The notes beneath the pieces were generated by a model, which was not told the origin of the DNA, made no database searches, and worked only from the letters and a program-made list of their open reading frames with translations. Positions 38,538-48,192 of a stretch of 64,000 nt of DNA are shown here, in pieces (position 1 is the first letter of the stretch; each line of letters opens with the position of its first letter). The DNA comes from an uncultured Alphaproteobacteria bacterium. GTDB lineage: Bacteria > Pseudomonadota > Alphaproteobacteria > RF32 > CAG-239. The translations under genes were made by a program, and so were the position numbers. The stretch is from NCBI GenBank assembly GCA_949493535.1, contig CASZWJ010000008.1, forward strand, positions 345 to 64,344, read 5' to 3'.

Positions 38538-38740
38538 GTGGATTTATAATTGACTCCGCGGTTTTCCTGTATTAAAGTGAGCGCAGTTTTAATCAATTTT
38601 GCTTAAAAGAATAAGAAAAAAGATGCGCAATTTTTACATATATTCCGTTCTCATCAATATTATCCCTTAGGGGATTGCATCTTTTCTATACATAAATTTT
38701 CCAATTCAATATCAAAAACAATAAACTAGGGTATTTGTAC

Positions 38741-41700
38741 ATGACAAAATACTATGCTGACGTTAAGGCTAAGCCTGACTTTGTCGAAGTCGAAAAAGAG
38801 ATTCTCAAATTTTGGGAAGACAACAATACTTTTGAAAAATCCGTTCATAACCGCGACGGTGCGGCCGAATTTGTTTTTTATGACGGACCTCCGTTTGCCA
38901 ACGGCACGCCGCACTACGGACATATTATGGTTTCTTATGTCAAAGACGTGGTTGCCCGCTATCAGACGATGAACGGCAAAAAGGTCGAGCGCCGTTTGGG
39001 ATGGGACTGCCACGGTCTGCCGGCCGAAATGTCTGCCGAAAAGCAATTGGGCGTTTCCGGACGCAAGCAGATTGAAGAATTCGGCGTTGAAAAATTTAAT
39101 GATTTCTGCCGTTCGGACGTTTTGAAATATTCGGGAATTTGGGTCGATATGTTCAAACGCATCGGCCGCTGGGTGGATTTCAACCATGATTACAAAACAA
39201 TGGATTTGTCTTTCATGGAAAGCATTATCAATAACTTCAAACAGCTTTATGAAAAAGGGCTGGTTTATGAAGATTACCGCGTATTGCCTTATTCTTGGGC
39301 TGCTGAAACGCCGTTGTCCAACTTTGAGGTTAACCAGGGCTATCAGGACAAGACGGATAATGCCATAACGGTAATGTTCAAGCTCGAAAACGGCATGAAT
39401 GTTTTGGTTTGGACGACAACTCCGTGGACTTTGCCGTCAAACCTGATGCTGGCCGTCGGCAATGAAATCGATTATGCCGTAATGGAAGAAAACGGCGAGA
39501 AATATTTGCTGGCTCAGGCTCTGCTCGGACGATACAAAAAACAGCTGGAACACGCAACGCAGGTCGGCACAATCAAAGGTAAAGATTTGGTCGGCATGAG
39601 CTATGAACCGATGTTCCCTTATTTCAAAGAGTTGAAAGAAAAAGGCGCATTCAGAGTATTAAGCGGCGAGTTCGTTTCAACCGAAGACGGTACCGGCGTT
39701 GTTCATATCGCCCCGGGTTTCGGTCAGGACGACTTTGATGCCTGCCGTGCGTATGATGAAAACTTTCCTGTTGTTTGTCCGGTTGACGAAGCCGGCAAGT
39801 TTACGGCGGAAGTTCCTGATTATCAGGGCAAACAGGTTTTTGAAGTTAATGATTCCGTCATGCAATGGCTGAAAGAGAATGGTCTGCTGGTAAAAAAAGA
39901 GCAATATACCCACTCTTATCCTTTCTGCTGGAGAACGGATACGCCGTTGATTTACAAGGCAATGTCTTCTTGGTTTGTCAAAGTAACCGATTTCCGCGAT
40001 GAAATGGTGAAGAATAACCAGCAGATTAATTGGGTTCCTGATCATATTAAAGACGGACGCTTCGGCAAATGGCTGGAAGGCGCGCGCGATTGGTCTATTT
40101 CCCGCAACCGTTTCTGGGGAACGCCGATTCCGGTTTGGAAATCGGATAATCCGAAATTCCCGCGTGTGGATGTTTTCGGTTCCGTTGCCGAGATTAAGGA
40201 AAAAACCGGTATTGAGGTTACCAACCTGCATAAGCCTTATATTGACAATGTGGTTTATCCGAACCCCGACGATCCGTCAGGACAAACAATGATGCGCCGT
40301 GTCAGCGATGTTTTTGACTGTTGGTTTGAATCAGGTTCAATGCCTTATGCCCAAGTGCATTATCCGTTTGACAACAAAGAATGGTTTGAAAACCATTTTC
40401 CGGCAGACTTTATCGTTGAGGCAATGGATCAGACCCGCGGGTGGTTCTATACCTTGACGGTTTTGTCAACGGCATTGCATAACCGTCCGGCTTTCAAAAA
40501 CTGCATCTGCACCGGTCTGCTGATGGCCGAGGGCGGGCAGAAACTCTCCAAACGTTTGAAAAACTATCCGGACCCGAATGAAGTTTTGGATACAATCGGT
40601 TCCGATGTTTTGCGCTGGTTCTTGGTTTCTTCTCCGGTTTTAAAAGGCGGGAATCTGGCTGTTGATAAAGAGGGTAAGGAAATCTCCAAAGCCGCCCGCG
40701 TGGCATTGATTCCGTTGTGGAATGCTTTTTATTTCTTCACGCTTTATGCCAATGCCGAAGGTTACAAAGCTAAAGAAATATCTTCTTCATCGGAAGCGAT
40801 TGACAATTACATTTTGTCAAAGCTCAAACGCTTGAGCCAAATTGTAAAACAGGGAATGGATACCTATGATGTCGCCATGGCAACCAATGAAACGGCTGCT
40901 TTTATGGAAGTTCTCAACAACTGGTATATCCGCCGTACCCGCGACCGTTTCTGGGAAGGTGACAAACAGGCCTTTGACGTGCTCTACACGGTTTTGGTCA
41001 ACTTGAGCAAAATTTTGGCACCCTTAATGCCGTTTGTTTCAGAATATGTTTTCAAAACGCTGACCGGTGAAGAATCCGTCCATTTGACAGATTATCCGAT
41101 GCTGGAGCAAATTAAGCTGGATGAAAAACTGGTTTCTGAAATGGACTTTTTGCAGGATTTATGTTCTGCCGGCAAGTTTATCCGCGAAGAAAAGAATCTG
41201 CGCAACCGCCTGCCGTTGCAAAGCCTGACCGTAGTCGGAGATAATCTCGGCTTTATCGGCACGCAGTATCAGGAAATTATCAAAGACGAACTGAATGTCA
41301 AAGAAGTCAAACTTGATAATAATCTGGCGGCCTATGCAGATAAGACGGTTTATCTTTATACTCCGCTGCTGGGCAAAGCTTTGGGTAAAGATATGGGGCC
41401 GGTTATGGGCGCTTACAAACAAGGCAAATGGGAACTCAATGCCGACGGTACTTTGAGTATTGCCGGTCAGAATTTGACAAAAGATCTGTTTGAAGTTCGT
41501 CTGAATATGAAAGACGGTGTTGCCGGTCAGGCCTTTGCCGATAATAAAGCCGTTGTGACGCTTGATACCAATGTGACCGATGATTTGCGCCGCGAAGGCA
41601 TGGCGCGCGATTTTGTCCGCTTGGTTCAGCAGCTGCGCAAAGATAAAGACTTTAATATTTCTGACCGTATTGAGCTTTGCTACTCAACAAACAATGCCGA

Positions 41701-41854
41701 ATTGGCTCAGGCTCTGTCCGACAACAAAGCCTATGTTGCCGAGCAGGTGCTGGCTGTTAAGGTAAACAACAGCTGTGCTGAGGGAACATCCGCCGATATA
41801 GACGGTGCCGAAATTATGTTCAATGCCAAAGTCAGCGACATAAAAGTAGCTTAA
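38741..41854 (+). CDS. ileS: Isoleucyl-tRNA synthetase, type 2 (eukaryote-like form)
   Basis: FYDGPPFANGTPHYGH (HIGH) and KLSKR (KMSKS); ~1037 aa with no C-terminal zinc-finger extension. ATG at 38741; the ORF-track start is a TTG 6 nt upstream. Confidence 0.95.
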   Translation: MTKYYADVKAKPDFVEVEKEILKFWEDNNTFEKSVHNRDGAAEFVFYDGPPFANGTPHYGHIMVSYVKDVVARYQTMNGKKVERRLGWDCHGLPAEMSAEKQLGVSGRKQIEEFGVEKFNDFCRSDVLKYSGIWVDMFKRIGRWVDFNHDYKTMDLSFMESIINNFKQLYEKGLVYEDYRVLPYSWAAETPLSNFEVNQGYQDKTDNAITVMFKLENGMNVLVWTTTPWTLPSNLMLAVGNEIDYAVMEENGEKYLLAQALLGRYKKQLEHATQVGTIKGKDLVGMSYEPMFPYFKELKEKGAFRVLSGEFVSTEDGTGVVHIAPGFGQDDFDACRAYDENFPVVCPVDEAGKFTAEVPDYQGKQVFEVNDSVMQWLKENGLLVKKEQYTHSYPFCWRTDTPLIYKAMSSWFVKVTDFRDEMVKNNQQINWVPDHIKDGRFGKWLEGARDWSISRNRFWGTPIPVWKSDNPKFPRVDVFGSVAEIKEKTGIEVTNLHKPYIDNVVYPNPDDPSGQTMMRRVSDVFDCWFESGSMPYAQVHYPFDNKEWFENHFPADFIVEAMDQTRGWFYTLTVLSTALHNRPAFKNCICTGLLMAEGGQKLSKRLKNYPDPNEVLDTIGSDVLRWFLVSSPVLKGGNLAVDKEGKEISKAARVALIPLWNAFYFFTLYANAEGYKAKEISSSSEAIDNYILSKLKRLSQIVKQGMDTYDVAMATNETAAFMEVLNNWYIRRTRDRFWEGDKQAFDVLYTVLVNLSKILAPLMPFVSEYVFKTLTGEESVHLTDYPMLEQIKLDEKLVSEMDFLQDLCSAGKFIREEKNLRNRLPLQSLTVVGDNLGFIGTQYQEIIKDELNVKEVKLDNNLAAYADKTVYLYTPLLGKALGKDMGPVMGAYKQGKWELNADGTLSIAGQNLTKDLFEVRLNMKDGVAGQAFADNKAVVTLDTNVTDDLRREGMARDFVRLVQQLRKDKDFNISDRIELCYSTNNAELAQALSDNKAYVAEQVLAVKVNNSCAEGTSADIDGAEIMFNAKVSDIKVA

Positions 41855-41871
41855 ACTCAGGCTGATAAGTG

Positions 41872-41905
41872 AAAAAATACCGCAAAAAATTTGCGGTATT
41901 TTTTT
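41872..41905 (+). terminator. Rho-independent terminator after ileS
   Basis: AAATACCGCAAA-aaat-TTGCGGTATTT plus a T-run. Confidence 0.8.
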
Positions 41906-42100
41906 ATGCCGTTTCTTCTTTAGGTTGTGAAAAACGAAGACTCATTATTTATTAACTAATCCGCTTTAAGATAACCCGCGAATATATCCGAACTGTAACA
42001 GAAATATGACAACTAGCCGTATTGGACAAAAACAGTTGTTTTTCTCTCTAAAATAGGCTATGATTAAACAAATATAAAATTTTTTGCGGAGTAAAAAGCC

Positions 42101-45100
42101 ATGGCTGAAAACAAAATGACCGTTCAAGAAGCTGTTGATTTAATCACTAATAACAAATTAGAGTTTTCAGATGAACAGCTGGCGCAAATGAATGAAGCCT
42201 TTTTTGATGACTTTACAAATAATCCCGGCAACGATGTTAAAGATGCGAGAGATATTGCCCTTGGCTTGGCAGAAGAAAGAATTACGGCTCTGGCTGCGCA
42301 AGATTCATATGATGCCGCCGATTTAGACAGCATTATGGCTTTGGCTGGCTCCATCAGCGCCTTTTCAAGAGAGGCCGATATTGCGAAAGAAGTATTGGCA
42401 AAAGCCCAAAAACAAAAAGACGAACTTGCGGCCTCCGCTCCGGAAAATGGAGGAAAAGAAAGCGAGCAGGAATATGAAGTCGGGGAAACAGCCGCTGGTG
42501 ATACTCAAGCAAATGAAGAACAAGTAGAAGATGTTTCTGTAAATGAGGGAGCCGAAGTGCCGGCTCCGGAAAATCAGCACGATACAGCCGAACCTGAAGC
42601 TTCTATCGGAGCGGAAGATGTAGAAGAACAGATGGAAGAAGCAGAGAATGTTCCCGAAGACCAAGCAGAATTAGAAGCTTTTGACAAAGAATACGGCATT
42701 GATACGATGACGGCAGAACAGCTGGAAAAAAATGCCGAGGTTATGGATGCTTCAGAATTTCATCCTTTTGAACTTAATGAGGAGGGGAAGCTTGTTCATC
42801 CTGAATTTCAGGATGAATATGATGCCATTCAGAATTTAGAAATTACTGATGAAAATGGTGAGCCGTTATCGGAAGAAGAGCAGAAAAAAGCCAAAGAGAA
42901 TCTGATAGAAACAGCTGTCTATGAAGCAGACATGCTCACCCGCGGAACAGCCAAAGGTGATGAAGAGGCTGTAAAGGCTCAATATGTTTCAAATCTTAAA
43001 TCTTCTTTACAGAAGGCTGTTGTCAGCACGGCTTTTGCCTCGGAGATTGAAGGTAAACCTCAAAACAGGGAAACTTATGGTGCGGCTTTTGCCAAAGCGG
43101 CATCTCAAGAAGGCGGATTAAAAACCAGCCTGAAAAATATTATGGCCTATGCCGGCGTTGTCAATGGTGAAATGACCAAATTAAGAGTCCGCCTGCAGAA
43201 TAAGTTTAAGGAAATCCCGGCTGTTCAAAAGATGAGCGCTAAAATAGCCGCTTTTGATAAAAGTATGGGCGAAAAACATCCCAAGATGTGGAAAACGGCA
43301 AAACGAGTCGGCGGTATTTTAGCCAAAAGAGCTAAAGGAATAGCCGTTTATACGGCTGTCGGAGCAACGGCCGGCCCGATAGGCTTGGCAGCTTTAGCTG
43401 TTAAAAGCGGTTATGATTCCTATAAAGGATTAAGTGAAAAAGCTAAAAAAGAGGGTATGACATTAGGTCAGTATGCAAAAACGCATAAAATGGAAGTCGG
43501 TCTGGCTTTTACAACGTCTGCTTTGTCACTGGCCGGCTCAGCTCTCGGCTTGGGAGCCGGTGGTTCAGAGATGGCGCAAACCGTTTCTCCTTATTTGAAA
43601 ACGGCAACCAGAGCTTTGGCAATTGGTCCTAAAGCAGCCAAAGCAGCTTTCCACGGTCTGAAAGCCGCTGCGATTAAGATGGGATGGAAAAAAGGTAATG
43701 TTCAAGAAGAATTGGCAGCAGCCAAAGCAGCTCTTAACCAAACTGTCGATGCAACAATCGGTATGGTGGCCGGTAGTTATTTAAATGAAGGAATTCAAGG
43801 TTTGCAGTCACAAGATGACAATCAGGTAGACGGCATCACTGGTGAATCTGTTTCTATTAATAATGATGCGGCAATGGGGCCTGAAACACCGGAAGCATTT
43901 GACGCAAGAATGACCGCGGAAGCCGCAGCCTTTGATAAGGATGGTGACGGTATTGCCGATGTGTTGGACATTGATCATGGCGAAGGCTGGGCAACGGCCA
44001 ATGAAACGCAGCTTGACCGCTTGATGGATGCGGATCCGCGCGGAGTAAATGCAATTTTGAATGACGGAAAGTGGCATTCTTCTGCCGAGCTTCATGATAT
44101 GATGGACAGCGGCCAATTCACAGAAGAACAGTTAAAAGCCATTCATGCTTTGGCTTCCAGAGAATTTGACGAAAACGGTCATATTATAGATAAAGATTTG
44201 AATAAGCTTTATGAAGATTTAGCCAAACAAGCAGCTAAATCAGCAGAACCTCAGGAAGAAGTCAAAGATGAAAAGCCGGTCATTGAAAACGAACCGCAGG
44301 AAAGGACACCGGCAGAACAGAAAATGTATGACTCTATTTTGGCTACCATTTCCAAGGGCGAAGATATGAATGACCCTGCAGTTAAAGCCTCTGTCGAAGC
44401 TTTGGCCGAAGGATATTTTAATGATGTCAAAGGCGCTTTGGCTGCCGGAAACGAGCAGGCTGCGGTTGATCTTCTCCATGGTATTCACAAGCAAGGCGAA
44501 GCTGTAGAGGTTCAGGAAGCAACGCAGAGAGAAGATGACGACAGCCGCGGTGTCAGACATGCCAAAGAAGATTTGGCTAAAGTCAGCGGCAAGCTTGATG
44601 AGGCAAAAGCCGCTTTGGCTGCGGATCCAAATAATGAAAAGTTGCAGAGAGAAGTTGAAAAGCTTGAAAAAGAATTTGATAAGAAGAGCCTGAATCTTGA
44701 TAACAAAGAAATCAAGCAGGAACGTTCTGAATTAAAAGATCAGATTAACAGGGATAACACTTCCGTTAAAAATCTGGATTGGACTCGTGAACAGATAGAG
44801 AAAAATTTGGGAATTTCTCAAGAAGCTGCCGATAAGCAATTAGCCGCCGCCGGATTTGATTTGAACAATCTTCCGAAAGATACTGCGGAATTGCCGAAAA
44901 ATATTCAAGATTTGATTAATGCGCATAATCAATATGCTCAGGTTGATCAAACCGAGGAAGCGCTTCGCGGCCGTGTTGCTGAAAATGAGCAGGCAAGAGA
45001 AGATTTAAAGGATCAGGAACGAGAAAACAAAGAGGCAATGAAAGACGTCAAAAAAGGCCGAGGTTTCAGCACGGATGATGAAAAACGGGCTGGTATTGAA

Positions 45101-45904
45101 GACAGATTGCCCGGTCAAAGCGACTTTCGTGACAGCGAGCTGGCCAGTTCTTTGGTAGGCATGGCCAGAGGCGAAAATGAAGCCGCCACTCAGGAACCGG
45201 AAAAGGTCGAGAGCAATGAAGAAGCTGTTGATAAATTCCTGAGGGATCAAGTTGCTCAAGGCAAAATGACAGAAGATGAGGCCAGCGAACATCGCGAGGC
45301 TCTGATAAAAGCCGCTGATGAAAGAAAAGCAAATATGGAATATGCCCAACAATTGGGTAATCCGGATAATTGGCAAGAATATCAGGCAAAGATTGAGCCG
45401 AGTCCGATAATGGATAAGCCGAAAGAAGCACCGGTTTATCAGCCGGAAAAAGAAGGTGCGACATCGAATAAAGAGCAAGAAGAGAAACAGGAAACTTCCG
45501 AAGTTGTCGTAGAGCCTCTGGTTGCAGAATCCAAAGCCGGAAATATCTCTTATAGTATGGATGATAATGGCCAGTATAAGACCGGCGGAACAATATCTGT
45601 CATAAATGATTATGAAAAATATAAGGATATTGAAAAAGAAATTTCCGCAGGTATGGGGAATACACCGGGCAAAAGTATGATAGTCGGACATAAAACCCAA
45701 ATTGCATATATGGCCGATGCAATCAATAAAGATATTGAAGCCCGCATGGCTCGCGGTGAAGATGTGCCGCATGCTAAAGAAATGATGGACTTGAACAACA
45801 AGCAACTGAAAGCTATGGGGCTTGAATATGATAAAGAAGGCCATCTGCATTCAAGCAAAGCCAACGGCGGTAATATCCAGACCCGCGGAAAGGACCGTGA
45901 CTAA
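42101..45904 (+). CDS. Large (1267 aa) acidic coiled-coil-rich orphan protein with a central hydrophobic block
   Basis: Long uninterrupted ORF with strong E/D/K/A bias. Putative TM helices around residues ~405-500 (GIAVYTAVGATAGPIGLAALAV; VGLAFTTSALSLAGSALGLGAG). No family recognised. Confidence 0.7.
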   Translation: MAENKMTVQEAVDLITNNKLEFSDEQLAQMNEAFFDDFTNNPGNDVKDARDIALGLAEERITALAAQDSYDAADLDSIMALAGSISAFSREADIAKEVLAKAQKQKDELAASAPENGGKESEQEYEVGETAAGDTQANEEQVEDVSVNEGAEVPAPENQHDTAEPEASIGAEDVEEQMEEAENVPEDQAELEAFDKEYGIDTMTAEQLEKNAEVMDASEFHPFELNEEGKLVHPEFQDEYDAIQNLEITDENGEPLSEEEQKKAKENLIETAVYEADMLTRGTAKGDEEAVKAQYVSNLKSSLQKAVVSTAFASEIEGKPQNRETYGAAFAKAASQEGGLKTSLKNIMAYAGVVNGEMTKLRVRLQNKFKEIPAVQKMSAKIAAFDKSMGEKHPKMWKTAKRVGGILAKRAKGIAVYTAVGATAGPIGLAALAVKSGYDSYKGLSEKAKKEGMTLGQYAKTHKMEVGLAFTTSALSLAGSALGLGAGGSEMAQTVSPYLKTATRALAIGPKAAKAAFHGLKAAAIKMGWKKGNVQEELAAAKAALNQTVDATIGMVAGSYLNEGIQGLQSQDDNQVDGITGESVSINNDAAMGPETPEAFDARMTAEAAAFDKDGDGIADVLDIDHGEGWATANETQLDRLMDADPRGVNAILNDGKWHSSAELHDMMDSGQFTEEQLKAIHALASREFDENGHIIDKDLNKLYEDLAKQAAKSAEPQEEVKDEKPVIENEPQERTPAEQKMYDSILATISKGEDMNDPAVKASVEALAEGYFNDVKGALAAGNEQAAVDLLHGIHKQGEAVEVQEATQREDDDSRGVRHAKEDLAKVSGKLDEAKAALAADPNNEKLQREVEKLEKEFDKKSLNLDNKEIKQERSELKDQINRDNTSVKNLDWTREQIEKNLGISQEAADKQLAAAGFDLNNLPKDTAELPKNIQDLINAHNQYAQVDQTEEALRGRVAENEQAREDLKDQERENKEAMKDVKKGRGFSTDDEKRAGIEDRLPGQSDFRDSELASSLVGMARGENEAATQEPEKVESNEEAVDKFLRDQVAQGKMTEDEASEHREALIKAADERKANMEYAQQLGNPDNWQEYQAKIEPSPIMDKPKEAPVYQPEKEGATSNKEQEEKQETSEVVVEPLVAESKAGNISYSMDDNGQYKTGGTISVINDYEKYKDIEKEISAGMGNTPGKSMIVGHKTQIAYMADAINKDIEARMARGEDVPHAKEMMDLNNKQLKAMGLEYDKEGHLHSSKANGGNIQTRGKDRD

Positions 45905-45916
45905 CTGAAAGGCTAT

Positions 45917-45951
45917 AATTGAGGCTCCTTGAAAATTTCGGAGCCTCAATT
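45917..45951 (+). terminator. Hairpin terminator
   Basis: AATTGAGGCTCC-loop-GGAGCCTCAATT with a weak U-tract. Confidence 0.6.
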
Positions 45952-46115
45952 ATTTGCAATAAATAGAGCCGTACTTCCGTTTGTTACAGAATTATTACAA
46001 TTTTATAAAATAAGAAAAAATTGCCTAATTTGACAAAAACAGTATTGCCTTTAGGTTGTTTTTGTGATAAAGTACTTGAAAATTTAGGTTATAAAGGAAA
46101 TTTTAGGGGGAAACA

Positions 46116-48098
46116 ATGGCACGTAATTTCCAAAATATGACAAAAGAAGAACTTTCACTCATCATTACCGAAGCTGATTTTGCTGAACTTACTTCGGCAG
46201 ATTTGAGTGCCTTGGAGAAAGCGGCAAAAGAAGCAGGCATTTTGACCGAACAGTATGCTAATATCATAGGTCTGGCAAGTAACAACAAAGTCTATGAAGA
46301 AATCAAAAATGATAAAAACAGTTCGGAAGAAGATAAAGCTGTCGCTTTGGCTGCCCGCAATGAATATAACCGCAATTTGCGTCAACGGATGACGAATAAA
46401 TATTACAATGCCGAAGAAATTTTGAGTATGGCAGTTGTGCAAAACGGCAAATATTTTTTCCCAGATAAAATTACCAAAGGCGAAATGGATTTCTTGGTAG
46501 AATCCGGCGCTTTGCGCTGGTCTGATTTTGGTGCCAGCAAAGATTATAAAGTCGGTCAGGAAAAAGAATCCAACCTGGAATCAATTAAAAAAACAATTGC
46601 CCAAGATGCAGAAAAACGTGCTTTGTTAGCTCAGCTGCTGCCGCCTTTGGCAGAAAATGCCGCCAAACGCGAAGCTGTTGCCGCTCAAGCTAAAAAGGCT
46701 GAAACTTCGTCATTGCCGGCTGATTTGCAGAAATCATACGATTTTTGGAATAAATTCAATGAGAAAAGCGAAGAAACCGGTGTTAAATTTGACATTGAAA
46801 ATGTTTCTAACCGCAGCTTGATTGTTGAGGCCAAAAAAGACGGCAAAACAATGTTCAAAGGTATTGATCACGGAACCAAAGGCTTTGATATCGTCAAACG
46901 CGATAAATCAGCCGAACCGTATGAAATTTTTGATTTGCTGGTTAAAAAAGCTAAAGCTTCTAATCCGAAAACCAAAATTCGTATTAAAGATAATGTTAAA
47001 GATGAAGTTTTGCGCAACAAAATTTTAATTGCCTGCGCTAAAAACAATATGATGCCGGTTGGCAATCTGCCAGAAGGTTTTGATTTCGAAGAATTAAAGG
47101 CCTTGGTCAAAGATGCCAAAACGACAGAAGATATTAACGATTTGGCTGTCAATCTTTATCAACCGCAGGAATTCGGCATCGGAGCCGAAAGAGCTGAAGA
47201 AAATGCAAGAGACACAATTGTTCCTGTTGTGTTGCCGACATATAAAATAAAAGAACAAGAAGAAAAACAAACGGTAGTTGTTCCTGTTCAGAATAAAACA
47301 GGAAAAGAAGACGGCAAACGCGGCGGCGCAGCCGTTGCTCCGATTGTTGCTTCAAACGGCAATGGCGGCAGCAATGTTCCTCCTGCCAATAAAGATAAAA
47401 AGAAGAAAAAATCAGGCGGTGCTCTGAGCCGTTTCTGGAACAAAGCCAAAGTATGGGTTATGGCCGGTGTCGTTGCCGCTGCCGGTTTGTTCGGAGTTAA
47501 AAGCTGCCAAAACAATCAGGATAAAATGGCTGATAAAATTGAACAAATCAGCAAGAAAAGCCTATCGGATTGCGATGCTGTACAAGCTCTGATTGATGAA
47601 AAATATGATGACGGATACGATGCAGGTTATGAAGCCGGCAAGAAAGATTGTGAAAGCAGCAAACCGAAACCGGTTGTTAAGAAAAAAACTGTGCCGGTTA
47701 AGAAAAAAGTTACACCGGTTAAGCCTGCTCCGGTCTTTTTGCCGGGAGATACAATCAAAGGCGACCCGATTATCGTTCCGGGAGATACAATTAAAGGTAA
47801 ACCGGTATATGTTCCCGGTGATACAATCAAAGGTGAGCCTGTTATTCTCGCTGCGGACACCATTCCGGCTAAGCCGGTACCGGCCAAACAGCCGAAAGCT
47901 AACCCCTCCAGCGTTCCTTTGACAGAAATTGACGGCAGCATCAAACATGAAAAAGACTATGATTTGAATGACGCCAGAGATTTGGAGGCAAACGGTAAGA
48001 CGGCGGCTTCTAAGAAAAAAGAACCGGAAAAATCAAAAGATACCGTGTTAAACTTTATGGATTTGTATAGCTTGACTCAAAATCAAAAGCAACACTAA
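46116..48098 (+). CDS. 660-aa orphan bitopic protein (charged N-domain, single TM, K/P-rich repeat-bearing C-domain)
   Basis: Long ORF with a TM helix VWVMAGVVAAAGLFGV around residue 450 and PGDTIKG repeats downstream. No family recognised. Confidence 0.7.
   Translation: MARNFQNMTKEELSLIITEADFAELTSADLSALEKAAKEAGILTEQYANIIGLASNNKVYEEIKNDKNSSEEDKAVALAARNEYNRNLRQRMTNKYYNAEEILSMAVVQNGKYFFPDKITKGEMDFLVESGALRWSDFGASKDYKVGQEKESNLESIKKTIAQDAEKRALLAQLLPPLAENAAKREAVAAQAKKAETSSLPADLQKSYDFWNKFNEKSEETGVKFDIENVSNRSLIVEAKKDGKTMFKGIDHGTKGFDIVKRDKSAEPYEIFDLLVKKAKASNPKTKIRIKDNVKDEVLRNKILIACAKNNMMPVGNLPEGFDFEELKALVKDAKTTEDINDLAVNLYQPQEFGIGAERAEENARDTIVPVVLPTYKIKEQEEKQTVVVPVQNKTGKEDGKRGGAAVAPIVASNGNGGSNVPPANKDKKKKKSGGALSRFWNKAKVWVMAGVVAAAGLFGVKSCQNNQDKMADKIEQISKKSLSDCDAVQALIDEKYDDGYDAGYEAGKKDCESSKPKPVVKKKTVPVKKKVTPVKPAPVFLPGDTIKGDPIIVPGDTIKGKPVYVPGDTIKGEPVILAADTIPAKPVPAKQPKANPSSVPLTEIDGSIKHEKDYDLNDARDLEANGKTAASKKKEPEKSKDTVLNFMDLYSLTQNQKQH
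47742..47885 (+). repeat. Four tandem 36-nt (12-aa) coding repeats
   Basis: PGDTIKGDPIIV / PGDTIKGKPVYV / PGDTIKGEPVIL / AADTIPAKPVPA, starting at 47742, 47778, 47814 and 47850. Confidence 0.9.
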
Positions 48099-48100
48099 GA

Positions 48101-48134
48101 AAAAAACCGCAGCAGAACAGCTGCGGTTTTTTTT
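48101..48134 (+). terminator. Rho-independent terminator
   Basis: CCGCAGC-agaaca-GCTGCGG plus T8. Confidence 0.8.
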
Positions 48135-48192
48135 GTGTTTATAAAAATTTAAAAGACAGATGCTATAAAGGCAGAAAATAATAAGGAGAAAA

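Noticed and set aside
45005-45850. A 281-aa minus-strand ORF, and other long antisense ORFs from the track (13506-14225, 22166-22963, 6375-7091, 38726-39187, 39677-40231, 47562-47948).
   Set aside because: All lie antisense within genes that have strong motif support or much longer ORFs. Their translations are low-complexity or Cys/Phe/Ile-rich nonsense typical of shadow frames.
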